In this document: piece by piece, positions 27,160-49,500 of the stretch
Numbering within the stretch: position 1 is the stretch's first letter
Layout of the letters: each line of letters opens with the position of its first letter
Assembly (NCBI GenBank): GCA_964035545.1
Contig: OZ037769.1
Span: 10,446,633-10,510,632, forward strand
Length of the DNA: 64,000 nucleotides
Reading direction: 5' to 3'
Origin: Bugula neritina
Taxonomy: Eukaryota > Animalia > Bryozoa
The notes under the pieces: model-generated
What the model was told of the DNA's origin: nothing
The model's input: only the letters and a program-made list of their open reading frames with translations
Databases searched by the model: none
Position numbers and translations under genes: made by a program

Positions 27160-29719
27160 TCAAAACATAAACACCTATTTCCTGATGCCAAGCTCAAGCT
27201 GTTATTAAATCATTTCCGCCTGTCAGATATTTGTTTAGCCTAGTCAAACATTGTAATAACCTAATTAGATGTTTACAGACAATAAATTCATGAATTACAT
27301 TGAAAAAGTCAATTGAAAATAAAAATAGTTGCTGAGATATTGTTGGTGAATGTTTAGTCATTTTCACAGTAAGGAATGTATTGTTGTGTGTTGTGTGTTG
27401 TGTTTTGCTGTTGTGTGTTTTGTGTTTGTTTTACTATATGTTACTATCTAATAATAATATAATATACTATATATGGTATATATATTGTATATATTACATA
27501 ACTTTGCTCAGGATGGTGGCATCACACCATATTAAGACTTCAAACAATTTAAACATTGCTTTTACAATCACAGTTATCCATTTAATTGAGAATTAATTGC
27601 ATCTCAGATCTATATTTGTACTTCGCATTCTATCAACTAAAGAAGCAAACCATGGGAAGCCTATGATTTACTATGTCTGGTGTACAGAATACATAATAGT
27701 TAGTCATATTATTTTTAGTATATAATTATGCTTTCAAGCTGCTTCAACATATCCATACTAACAGCTTAGAATGACATTCGCTTGCATTATGCATGATACC
27801 TTCACCCAATATAAGATTTGATAGAACAAATTCATAGCAACTGCTTAATGAATATGACATTGGAAAATGCTGAGAACTTTTTTTATATAAACATTTATAT
27901 ATTTTCAAAGTAATTCTTTAACAGTGATGGCTATAAAATTCTTTTGAGCAATGTCCAGTCACTAATCACCAGTAATGATAGGTACAGTGTGTACATTAAT
28001 GAGAACATGGTACCAGTCTCTTTACTGTTTTGCATATAAAAATTATTTTATATTATTATAAACTACTTTCTTAATTGCAAAATCCTATTTGAAAAATGCA
28101 TACTTTTAGTCAAATAGAGTTTTTACTTAAAGTTTTGCATTTATACTAGTTTTAATTAATTTTTATTGACAATAAATAACCCATGTAAAAAAATGTGCTT
28201 AAATAAACCTTTTCAAAACATATGTTATCTGATTACATTCTAGTTGCAGATAGTTGGTTAGACAAATAATCTTGTTATAGTTGCGTTTTATCTTTAATTT
28301 TAAGGCACGTAAAATTTGACTTTCAACATAAGTAAAACTCTTAAATAAACTTAAAATAATTTCAAAATTTTTAATGGTGTTTGAAGAGCTTACCTGGTCT
28401 ATAGCAGCTAAGGAGCTCTGGTGCATATGTTTTATCATCTAGGTGGCAAGTGTTAACAGCAGAGATAAGAGATATGCGTCCTAGCTTATTGTGAGAAGAG
28501 AAGAAAGTGAGGTAGCTGAAGTAATTTGTGCTCTAGTATGAATCTAATTGAAGCTAGAAACTTGTTGGAAGCTGTGCAAATAACAGATACATGACTAATT
28601 AAAATAGAATAGAACAGCATTGAACGCAGCTGTTGCTATTATATATGCATTCATTATATATAATCAATGGAAGAAAAATGAATTTAGGTTTAATAACTAA
28701 AGCTTTAGTGAAATGTAGGACAAATTTAATGAGTTGAAATGTTTTGGTAAACCTTGTAAACTGACCTAACTGATGAGCGGTTCGCAGTATAGTTGATGCT
28801 TCTTCTCAGTGTTACCATGTGCTATGCACTGCTTCGTCTGCAATTAGGAATAAAGTGTATCCTAGTTCTACAGTATCTTAAGACAAAGTAGTTTCAAGGC
28901 CATAAATACTGAAGATGATATGTTGTGATATTATCAAACTGCTCTTAGGTTGTAAACCAGTCAGGCTGGCGCAGCCAAGTATCAACAGGGAAATACTAAG
29001 TATCCTGAGATGTGTGTATATAGTGGGTAGAGATCTTGAAACTTCTTTTACTTTTACTAGAGTTGCCTCCCCATAGACTACAGAAACTGGGAAACAATAT
29101 CACATCCATTAAAAAAAGAACCATCAAGTGCTTATCAAGGAGATAAAAAACCGATACAATCACTATTTTTACCTGCTGTTAACTATAGCAATTTACACAA
29201 CTGTTAAATGAGTAAGAATTTAATTTTTTTTTTCTTCAATTATTCTTTTATATTGGCAAATGGAGTTTGAGTACAAAACTAGCAAAACTAAAAAGGATGG
29301 CAGTTTGTAAACAGTACCACTGCACCATAAAGTCACAGCTAAAAGAGGTGGGTGCAGACTGTGTTTTCACTAAAAGCTGGTTTCCAGCAGGTACTTCTTG
29401 CATGAGATACCTCGTTTCAAACCTAAATTTCAATTCGAAATTAGAAACCTAGGCTATAAGTGAAAATCTTCATTTCTGCATTTAAAAGACTTGAAGTTTA
29501 AATTGTTTCTGCATGTAAGACATTCAAGGCTATTTCCCCAGTTTAATATATTTTTTCTCCTAATACTGTAATATAAAGTGAACCACTTTTTTCAAGAACA
29601 AATCTATACTACTTGTATAAAAATGGCAAAACGATGAGGTATAATTCAGAGTAAAGTCTAATTACATAACTTAATTACAGAGTTATCCCATCTTTTAACT
29701 TTTTCTAGAAGCTAAGCAG

Positions 29720-30056
29720 CAGGGCTGTCCAACAAGCGGCCCCAACCTACATTTATGTGGCCCTGAAAGGCATAACAGATAAAATTATTTTGCACACATA
29801 TAATATGAATTAGAGTGGAAAACCACATTTCAAATATCTTATTTATTCACATGCTACAAAACATACAGCCTGCAGTAACTATTAGGACTAAATTGTGTAA
29901 TGATTAATAAGAATTTGGTATGAAGTATTTTGAAAATTACTAATGCTGAGGGGCGTGAGGGGGGGGGGCAGCTTAAACTTAAGCTTACAATGTGACCCTT
30001 GCCAGCTGAATATTCTTTTACGGTGGCCTTCTGTCTGAAAAGGTTGGACACCCTTG
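29720..30056. mobile_element. Non-autonomous hAT-type MITE, same family as 43667-43984
   Basis: TIRs CAGGGCTGTCCAAC ... GTTGGACACCCTTG, subterminal GCGGCCC/GTGGCCC motifs, and internal similarity to the 43667 copy (CCTACATTTATGT). TSD not recognisable. Confidence 0.8.
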
Positions 30057-31839
30057 CCCTAAGGAATGCAGTAGGAAAAATATAGATCTTTGTTGATCTC
30101 TGCTACAACATGTTTAATCTTCTCGCAACCTTTCATAAAACAAAATCCAATTGTAGAATGTATCGTTTAAAGTCTACAAGCTTATAATAGTATTCACTTA
30201 TCAGTTGAATGTACAAAGAAAGAGTGGTGGGAGGATATTGCACACTTGAGTGATTTAAGCAAACATTTACACCATTCATTGAGAATGCCAAACTTTGCCG
30301 TAGGGTTAATGTCCATTTCAAATTTGTCAGTACTAAAGGTAGGTTCTGTTAAAGAACTTGGTAAAATGGAAATCCACTTTGGGAAGAATGTGCTTAAACA
30401 GAAGAGCAAGAATTAGCTTGTATCAGATAATGATATTATGTATTAAATGTTATACTATATACATGTAATTATTAAAATTAGTGGTTTTGCAAAGGTACGC
30501 TTTAACCTCTCTCCTATTTTCTCCAGACAACTGCAGCTAGATGTAGATTGAAAATGGGTCAGGAAACAACCAGATTAAAAATGAATACCATTAAAACAAC
30601 TTTTAGTAACATATTTAATTAATCAAGCTAAGCTAATATTTCAACAAAGGTATATTATAGCTTTATTGTAAAATTATTAGTTCAAGCTATCTTTGCAGTG
30701 GCAATTAGCTGCCTGTGATTTAATTTGACTTTAGCTGGTACACCTAATTGATTGTAATCTGAGTTTTATTCCCTTAGTTAACATTTTAAATGATGTAAGT
30801 AGTATCCATTTGGTAAACATGAGTACAAAACCAAGAGGTAAACTAGTATAGCCATACAAGTTTCAGATTTAGCAGTAACAATCTAAGTTTTATAAAATGC
30901 ATGAGATTCAGTGTCCTACTCAATGTACAGAAGCTATTGAGTTGAGATAGCTGAAAGTAAAGAGGTATTGTTGAGCACACACCTGTTACTTTCTGACTTA
31001 CTCAAACCTGTAAGAGCTGTTGACAGGTATTAAGGTGCTCTTGACAAGAGCTGTCAGGTGCTCTTATGTAGATAACTTAGAATTTGCCATCAATTATTAA
31101 CACATTGATAGATTAGAGTATCTTTAATTGAATGGAAAGATACAACCATGCCCTATTTCAGTGTTTTTGAACAGTTAAGTAATGCATTTGGTGAAATAAA
31201 AGATGTTTATTGCTGTTCATCAGATTTCTAAAGCTGCATTTTTATGAAGCTAAAAAACAGTGTAATACACATCAAAAAGAATGATAAAAGTTTTAATAAT
31301 TTCAGTTAGTTGTATTAGGTATACAGAATTTAGTGAAATTTGTTTTTAAAACTTGAAGCTATGTTAAATTAAAGCAGATTAGATTGAACATTGTACATAA
31401 GTTATAAAATTTGTTTGCTAAAATGACATTTTTATGCTGGGACTTGGGAGTGTGACATATACATAAATCAAAGCAGCCTTTTCTTTTTAAATAATTTCAA
31501 TTCAAAAAATTCAAAAATGATTTCAGTTTAGTGTTCAAATATAAATGAGTAGCTCAAATTAAATTACATGGTTACAAACTGTGGGGTACGCTTTTGTCTT
31601 TTAAATGGGTTTCTCAAATGCATTCAATATGAGTGTCATTCATTAATTAATAGTGACAAAGTTTTTTTTATTTATATGTTATATGGTTACAAATTATTAA
31701 AAAGCTAATTTAGCAATTTTACACAAATGTGATTCTAATTTTTTTTTGTTTAAAAATACTAGGCAAGTTGATTTGCATGTTGTGGCTGAAAAGTAGAGAT
31801 CAACTTGTGTCAGATTACTCCATTAAGTTACTCTATGCT

Positions 31840-31980
31840 TTTATTACAGTGTATCAGAAGTTCAGTGTATGTTAAACTGTTGCACAACATTTATTACAGT
31901 GTATCAGAAGTTCAGTGTATGTTAAACTGTTGCACAACATTTATTACAGTGCATCAAAATCCCAGTGTGTTAAACTGTTA
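31840..31980. repeat. 50-bp tandem repeat, about 2.8 copies
   Basis: TTTATTACAGTGTATCAGAAGTTCAGTGTATGTTAAACTGTTGCACAACA at 31840 and 31890, plus a degenerate third copy. Confidence 0.9.
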
Positions 31981-32644
31981 GGAAACATGTATTCCATAGT
32001 CAAATGACGTCAAAGCAAAATAAGTGTTTATTGCGCAACTTCTTAAATGCTCACCATAATTAAGCAGTTTGTATTTTATACAAAGTTCAATGTTACAAAA
32101 AAATTTACTCAACAAAATATAATCTTATATTTTGATTCTGTTAAAGACATTAAGAGCACGGAGAATAAATGATACATTATAATATATAAAACTAGAAACT
32201 TAGTAAAATCACTTCAGCAAAGTCATATTATCTCAAGCCTCAATACTGTATAATTACTAATTTATGGTTATTATACAATTGAGGATTTGTACAAAATGCA
32301 CTCAGCTCATATATAATAATATATTATCTAACAACACAAGGTGAGTATTCAACTCTGGCCTATAAACATATTGAGGGGAGGCTAAAAGACCTTTCTTTAC
32401 CGGGCAGCTTCCATCTCAATAAGAAAGACACAAACACCTGTTGTATGAAGGTCATTCAACAGTTAGAGGGCCAATGTGTCTGAATTCAAGAAAACGTTGT
32501 ACACTACTGATGAATAATTTCACATCCTATGAATTTTATCTAAACAGTTTATTTTGTGTTCTTGATTTTTATTGCAGCTTGAAAATATGCCATTCTTTTT
32601 TCTAACAAAACTTGGAAAATTAGCAATAATTACATTATTATAGA

Positions 32645-32858
32645 TTATTATACTCATGTTCATGAGCAGCGTCACTGACGGTAAATTTATTAGATTCCCA
32701 TTGGCTCATTTCAACAAATTAAGTTTGATAAATATTGACCTAAAATATATATATATATTATATTTTAGGTGACACTGCTCATTAACATAAGTATAATAAA
32801 TATGAGTAATTCAAAATTATGAGTCATGACTTATAATTTCGGATTACTCATATTTATT
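32645..32858. repeat. Adjacent inverted repeats (MITE/foldback-like)
   Basis: Arms 32645-32675 / 32769-32799 (28/31 match) and a loopless palindrome 32795-32858 (28/31). Confidence 0.8.
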
Positions 32859-34855
32859 TTAATACTACTACTTTTATTTGAAGTTGCCTTGTTTCTACCT
32901 AAGTAATGCTTACCTAGCCTACCTCATGCCTTCCTAGTGCTTATCTAATGCCTACCTAATGCTAGCAGCAAACTTGCTGAGAAAAGCTTTTGTATCTAAT
33001 TGTTTGTGATAAATCATTTATTTTCAACTTGCCCTGTCTTCTTGTATTACCAAGTTACTGTTAATTCTTTTACCACATATGAAAGGAAAGCCCTGAAGTC
33101 TAAACTCTAAGCCATGATTTGAAGATTGTTACTGGTGAAGACAACTCCAACTAACTGCTCCAGTGTAAAAGGCTGATAACTTATTTATAGGGAAGTCACA
33201 AAAACTAAAGGTTCTAGATATCACAATCTGCATCCATATTTTGACTCATGACAATTTAAAACACAGTTCACATCTCTACTTTATATATTAAATATTGTTG
33301 TTTTGTGTTTGTTGTTGCCCCCCCCCCTTTTCCCTCCCCGAGAATTAAATGGGAATACAACTCTGTTTGTATAACCAGAAGGCACCACAACACAGTGGGA
33401 TATTTTTGTATGGATCTTTATAATGATTCTATTTACCCACTTAGCACTTGGGGCTGCTATTTTATTATAATTATTCCTTATTGTGCATCATATTACAGGA
33501 AACTTATTTAAATATTCAATTTTTATTATGTTATAAGTTTAAAATGATAATCCGATTGATATAAAACTGCAGTGTTACTATGACAAGTTATTGATTTATC
33601 TCTTACAAGCATCCTTCTGTACACTTTGTATGCAAATATATTGCTGTAACTATAATATGATATTATGACAATGCTTATAACGCAATGTATTGCAAATATT
33701 ATTTTGTTATGTATTATATACACTGCGACTAGCAATCTGTAGTCTTGTGATTGTACATGTTTCCTGTAAAAATATTCTCAGCTGTTATGGGTTTCTATGT
33801 TTAATAAAGCTTAATGTTAGATTACTGTTTGAAATTTACATTATTTATTGATTTAGAGTTCAATAATCAGAAATTAAAAACAGTTGCCCCGCCATATTAT
33901 GTGATCACAAGCCTGTTTTGCTGTCGGAAATTTATTTTGAAGTAATTGAAACAGTTCATATTTGCAAAATGCAACATGTATAGATGGAAGTGTGGTTTTT
34001 ATTGTTGGTAAATGATCAATACATGGAAAACAAGCAGCTGTCAATACATAACTGAAATAGTATTGCCACTTTTTGATTTACTTGAACGGCATGGGGTTCC
34101 AGATTGTTACTAAGACTGTAGTTTACTTGTACATATGTTTCATCACCTGCTTGTATAGTGAGATGGAAGTAGAGTTCTGTGAGCTCTATCTGGGAAAAGT
34201 GCATTCTGGTGAAGCTCAATATAGTAAGTTCTTGTATTTAGTTGTGACATAAGAATAAATGATGAAATGCTGGTGCTATAGGTTGATGCGACATTGTTAC
34301 ATTGTATATATGCAGGCACTATGCTACACTGCACATGTACTATGCTAAAGCCTTGTAGTATATAATATTGTTTAATTTTATATATTATTACTTCAAGGTC
34401 AAAGTAGATTTGCAAAGTGCTAAGAAAAATAATTTAACTTTTAATTAAAGCAACTCTGATACATTGCTAGAAATTTACTATTATAATATTATAAACTGAT
34501 ACCTTGCAATGTTATAATTATGAGAACCTAGAAGTTATTTATAAATAACATGTTTGTCCATAAGTCACAATTTTATGTCTAGAAAAAGTTTAGCCAACTA
34601 TTTCTTATATAGTTACTTAATATAAATATAGAAAACATTTTAGAAAATTTATCAAACTAAAAATAAGCTTATAAATAGACCATTGCAAAAATGGAATGAA
34701 AGAATTTATTATAATAAAATTAGAGAGGACAACTCTGGTAGTATATGTTTGCTTTCAACAGCAGTGCACAAGCTAGTTAATAAGATAATATAAATACTAG
34801 CATACAACTCTCACTCAAGTAGTCTTAAGACAACATCTTTAACATTTTGTTGCAG

Positions 34856-43509
<8,654 letters not shown>

Positions 43510-43666
43510 TAAGCAGTGCAAATATGGTAGAGTTTCGGATGTCTTATAAATACTGCTTATTAGGTGTAAAATGTAGTTACCGTACTGTAATAATTTTTTG
43601 AGTTAAAATACTGGCAGTTAAAATATTGAAAATATTAAAAATACTTGAGTAATTATACTTTTAGAA

Positions 43667-43984
43667 CAGGGCTGTTCAACATGCGGCCCCAGGGCAAAAT
43701 GTGGCCCCCAGCCTACATTTATGTAGTCCTCAAAGGTCTAGAGCTAAAGTGAAAAACTACCTTTTAAATGCTTTATTTGTACACATCTACAAAGCATGCA
43801 GCTTGCAGTAAAGTTCTATATTTGAGACCTAATTGTGTAGTAATTTATAAAGTTTTGGAATAAACTAGTTTGAAAAATGCTGATGCTGTGGCCCCCAAGC
43901 TCAAACTAAAATTTACAATGTGGCCCTTGCCACCAGCATCTTTCCTTTCAGTAGCCCTTGGTTTGATTATGTTGGACGCCCCTG
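43667..43984. mobile_element. Non-autonomous hAT MITE (318 bp)
   Basis: TIRs CAGGGCTGTTCAACAT / ATGTTGGACGCCCCTG and a perfect 8-bp TSD TTTTAGAA (43659-43666, 43985-43992); an 8-bp TSD with CAG ends is typical of hAT. Confidence 0.9.
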
Positions 43985-44315
43985 TTTTAGAACAATAACT
44001 ATTTGAAGTGCTGTGCAGACCATCACGCCACAGCATATTTTTTCATTTTTCTAAAATTAGCATTAACATATGCAAATGTCGTTTTAGTTATTGGCAATCA
44101 AGTTTAGGCAACTAAACTTACTAACCGTAGCAAATTTCCATTATTTGTATAGCAATTAAGCTGGGCGTGTTTAGCCATTGATATATGTTTCTTTTACTTG
44201 ATTGGTTTTATATCTGACTTATTATGTATTATGTTTGAAGAGTGGATATACTACATAAAATATAAAATGTTTGATCAATGTTAACTGTCTTATAACTGGC
44301 TGACACCCAGACAGG

Positions 44316-44885
<570 letters not shown>

Positions 44886-46582
44886 TTTATATTACAGATT
44901 TAATTATACAATAAAAATAAAATTACAAATAAATAAATTGCAACTAGCTGCTACTGTAATTTACAATTCTGGAAACACCAAGAGCAAAGAGAATAACAAC
45001 TCCATCTTTAACATTGCAGTGTGTAGTTTTGATGATGCTGAATGATGCATACATTTTTATCACTTGAAAACGATCCAAGGTTTGGGGGGTGAATTTGACT
45101 AATATTCTATGAAATTTTATGCTCTTTCAAAAATGAAAACTAAAAATGTAGACAAATCTGAAAAAATGTGCAAAATCTCTTGAAAAAATTTGCTGAAAAC
45201 TACAATTGAAGTAAGTAAAAATGTCAACTTTCTCTAGACTCCATGTCCACAAGTAAAACTTTATTTTTTGTTTAAACCAAGTATGTGGTAAATACCTTAT
45301 TCTTGGTTAGCCAACATTCTACCTCTTTCATATATTTTTCTCCTCCCATTTTTGATGCCCTCCATAATTAACAGTTTGTTTACAGAAACTTCTGTGGCAT
45401 TGTATAATAATTTACCACAGCCCGATATTTGGCCATTTGCATGCAGTGCATAGTAACAATTAATTATTAAAAGAAGCAGGTAATAATCAGCAAGTTTACT
45501 TATACTATGCAAAAGTTGAAGTTCTACATATGTATTTTCTTGCTTGCAAGTTATGTATAGTGAAATGATTTGCACGTATTAGTTGTATTATGTAATACTC
45601 CTTCAGGATTATTTGTTGATAATACTAAATTGGTATAAAAGTTTTCAATGCAATTAATACCTGTTACACTTATATGAAGAAACACACTGAATTAGACAAC
45701 TTATTGGAGTACAGCTGCAACATATTTCAATTACATGTAAATGCTATTATATCTATAATAATATCTGATGTAATATATTATTATATTTGCATACATTTTC
45801 ATATACTATCAATTGTATATATTTTTGAAACTTTCAGGTGTTACAAGTTGTAATATGTTATAATGCAAATAGTTCCAAAAGAGTAATATTGAATAACTTA
45901 TTATCTTGATGACACACTTAATGGCACTAAGGACCCAGTGTTTGTATTATCAAATAGCCCTCCCAGTGTTTCCAAGACCATATTACTTATATAAGCATGC
46001 CTGAGGAATAGCTAAGGCTCATTATTTCAACAAACTATAAAGTATGCCAATGCATTGTCACTCTTTTAACAATTGAAGCAGCAACAATTCATGTGAAATG
46101 ATCTATGCAATCGTATTTATAAATCTTTTATAAATTGCATGTACATCTTCAATAGTGTTGAACTTGAATGAGATGATTTAATGTCATCCACTATATTCAC
46201 AGCACCTAATCCTCACTTTTAGACACCAGTTCAGCGTGCATGCAAGCAAATTAATCTTTAAAACATGTCCAGTAAGTAAAATGCCTTGGTACTGTTGTTA
46301 ACACTTTACACGTTGTTTTATGTATTATTTTTATTTTCACTAGTATTTTCATATGTATTCTGCTAATTTTAGAATGGATGGTTAATCACGGCTTGACCAA
46401 TAAAATCTTATAGTTATACTGCCGAATACTAAATATTTATTCAACTTAAAACAAACTAATGCTTATGGTAAATTGCTAACAATTTTATCAAACATTTTTT
46501 CTTGGTCAAATCTTAAAACATATTATATAAAAATAAAATAGTTGAACTATATAGTTTTATCTTTCAAATAGATGGTATTTCA

Positions 46583-49500
46583 ATGCTTATTGAAGGTTTG
46601 AATTGGAAAAGCTGTACCGTACTAATGGTAATGCTGATACCAATTGCTTTGAGTCAGCGATGGAAGTGCTTAGAGACTCTAAACTGGGAGCCTGTGAGTG
46701 AAGTAGATTATGAAAGGTGAGTCCATAGGAAGCTTTTAGAGTAAATAATATTCACTATATTAGCCTTCAAGAGTTTGTATTGTAGGCTAGAGATTGCAAC
46801 AGCCAATTGCAGATAAATAAACCGAAGTGAAAGTTATGTTATATGTTTATTTTTCGTGCACTTCCACCTTTGCTTTTAATCAAATTACCCATTAGCAAAA
46901 TTGTTTTTAATATTTGTTCTATTTAGATGTAAGAGCTGGAGAACTTCAATAATGTAATTACTCTGACTTACTTTAAATAATTTTCTATGAGGTGCTGTTG
47001 GAAGCTTCACAAGAACATATAATTATTTTCTCTTGTCCATTTCTCATTAAAAATGAGGAGCAGTCATGGTCTAGGGGTTAGAGCCCTGACAAAGGCCATT
47101 GGTAGTGCTAGGAAGAACATCCAATCATAATTGCTCCTGAGCCTCATTTAAATAAGTCCTTGGCCCGATTTAACAAAAACCCACTTTATCAGGGGTTTCT
47201 CACAGGAATAGTGACTATAAACTTGCGTGATTTCTCATTAAAAACAAGGACTATTCTGCATTGCTGCAACTACCTCCTTTACTTGTTATATACTCAATGA
47301 CAAGGCTATGCTAGGCTATTTGTCAGGTATCAAAATCAAATCCACAAATGTTCTTTTCCTTTAATGCAAGTTTCTCCACAGACGAATGGGATTTCTGAAA
47401 GTAAAATTACTATATTCGTAGTTTAAACAATGCGAATGAATTATATCCTATCTTTTTCAGAACATACTCGCCTGTTACTGAGGTAGATGCTAGACCACTA
47501 GGCTTCAAAGTAGGAGGGTTTGTATACGACACAAACAGCGGCACGTGTGTTACAGTGCAAGGAACGCAGAGAAAAAGAATTGAAGTTGTAGTAAGAAGTT
47601 GTTGTATAATCTGTGAGAATAACACGTATAGCAAGTAAAACAACACAAGATGTTGAACAGGATAATAATATGATTGTTTAATACTTATACTGCAGTTGTA
47701 TTATTAATGTACTTTGTGTACCTGCAGTATGTAGTGGTATTACAGTACTGTGACTGCATACAGTAGTTTTAGTACTGTACTGTCAGTGTGAACAGTAGTT
47801 GTGTTGTTGAACTGAGAGTTTTATTGTTTTAGGTGGAGACTCAGCCCCAAGCTACGGTTTGCATCAGAGGTGGAGGAGTTGAAAAGTGTGCCGAGGTAAT
47901 TCTCACTTGCTAGTTATACACAAAACAGAGAGTATAGTGCTATTGGTAGCATATTTAGTATATGTTGTCAACTTGATTCAATGCCTAAAGGTGCAGCACT
48001 ATCATAGGAGCCGTTAACTATACTAAGAGTTATATTGCTCACTGTAGCGCTGAAAGCTGTTGCGGGTCGAGTACAGCTGCTCTAAGGAGTTGTTCACTCA
48101 GGAAGTGACACATATTGCATGGCAAATAATATAAACCTACATAGTCTATATACTGCAGACAGCTACATTATACCGATTTAACTAATCATATTTATAGAAG
48201 TTTCAAAATACCTTTTTATTTTAACGGCTTTTGACTTTTTTGGTTAGGTTCACATTAGCTGTGTCAGACAATCTTCATTTGCTGAAGATTGTCCATCTCT
48301 AAGCAATTTTTCATATAATATATACTATAATAACAATATCAAGCTATACAATGTATCTATCGTCTAAATTAAGGCACAGTTTATACTAATTTGTACATCT
48401 GCTATTGTACAAACAGGCTGATGGCTCCATCTATATGTGTCAAGAGTTTGTGGATGAAAACCAGGCTTCCAGTTCTTCAACCAGCTTTGAGTTCTTCTGC
48501 AATGATGAGTGCCATGAAGCAGACGTCAACTTTTGGTACAGGTTTACTGTCAGCACAGCTGATAATTCAGGTATAGTCTTACTTTCCGCCCTCCAGCTAG
48601 TAGTTCAGGTATAGTCTTACTTTCCGCCCTCCAGCTAGTAGTTCAGGTATAGTCTTACTTTCCGCCCTCCAGCTAGTAGTTCAGGTATAGTCTTACTTTC
48701 CGCCCTCCAGCTAGTAGTTCAGGTATAGTCTTACTTTCCGCCTTCCAGCTAGTAGTTCAGGTATAGTCTTACTTTCCGCCCTCCAGCTAGTAGTTCAGGT
48801 ATAGTCTTACCCTCCGCCCTCTAGCTAGTAGTTCAGGTATAGTCTTACCCCCTCCCCTTGCATCTATAAAGGATTGCTTGTTAGTGGCAATGAAACTTTG
48901 TTTTAATTTGCACTATAGAATATGCACACTACATAGTGACTCAGCACTAATATGGCTGGTGAGCCATGTTTCAGACCACCACGTCAATCACTACATTTTA
49001 GGCACATGTCAGCAGTTGGTCAAATAAGATTCCTGAAAAAACTGTTGTCATTTGGAAACACTAAATGAATGGTGCTAAAGGTTGGCTGCTGTATAGGCTT
49101 AGCCTATCTTAACAAAGCACGGCACAGCAGGGTACGGGGGGGGGGGGGGGCTAAAGCGCCTAAGAATAAATGAAATTTGAAAAATGATTATAGCCTTTGC
49201 ATTGACATCACAGAAGAGAATCTTTTGTAAGGTCATCATCACATATAGCAAAATCAAACTGGTACAGCATATCTCTGATGATCAAATTAAATTCTATTCA
49301 AAACAACAATGACAGATTGTCAGAATGAAGTGTGAAAGTTTAATTGTATATCTCATCATGCATTCAGGTGTGACTTAAGTAAGCAATGCTCATCAAACCC
49401 TTTTATCATTATTTGTGATTAAAATAGCATTAAGTATTTCCAACATCTCACTGTCAAATCTTGAATATGCTATAGGAACTACTACAATTTCTGTTCATTC

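Noticed and set aside
32280-34740. Candidate signal-peptide exons for the CTHRC1-domain gene (donor at 32341; MILFTHLALGAAILL* near 33424; MEVWFLLL near 33984; 34679-34737)
   Set aside because: I could not assemble an ATG-initiated, phase-consistent, stop-free chain with confidence; left unresolved.
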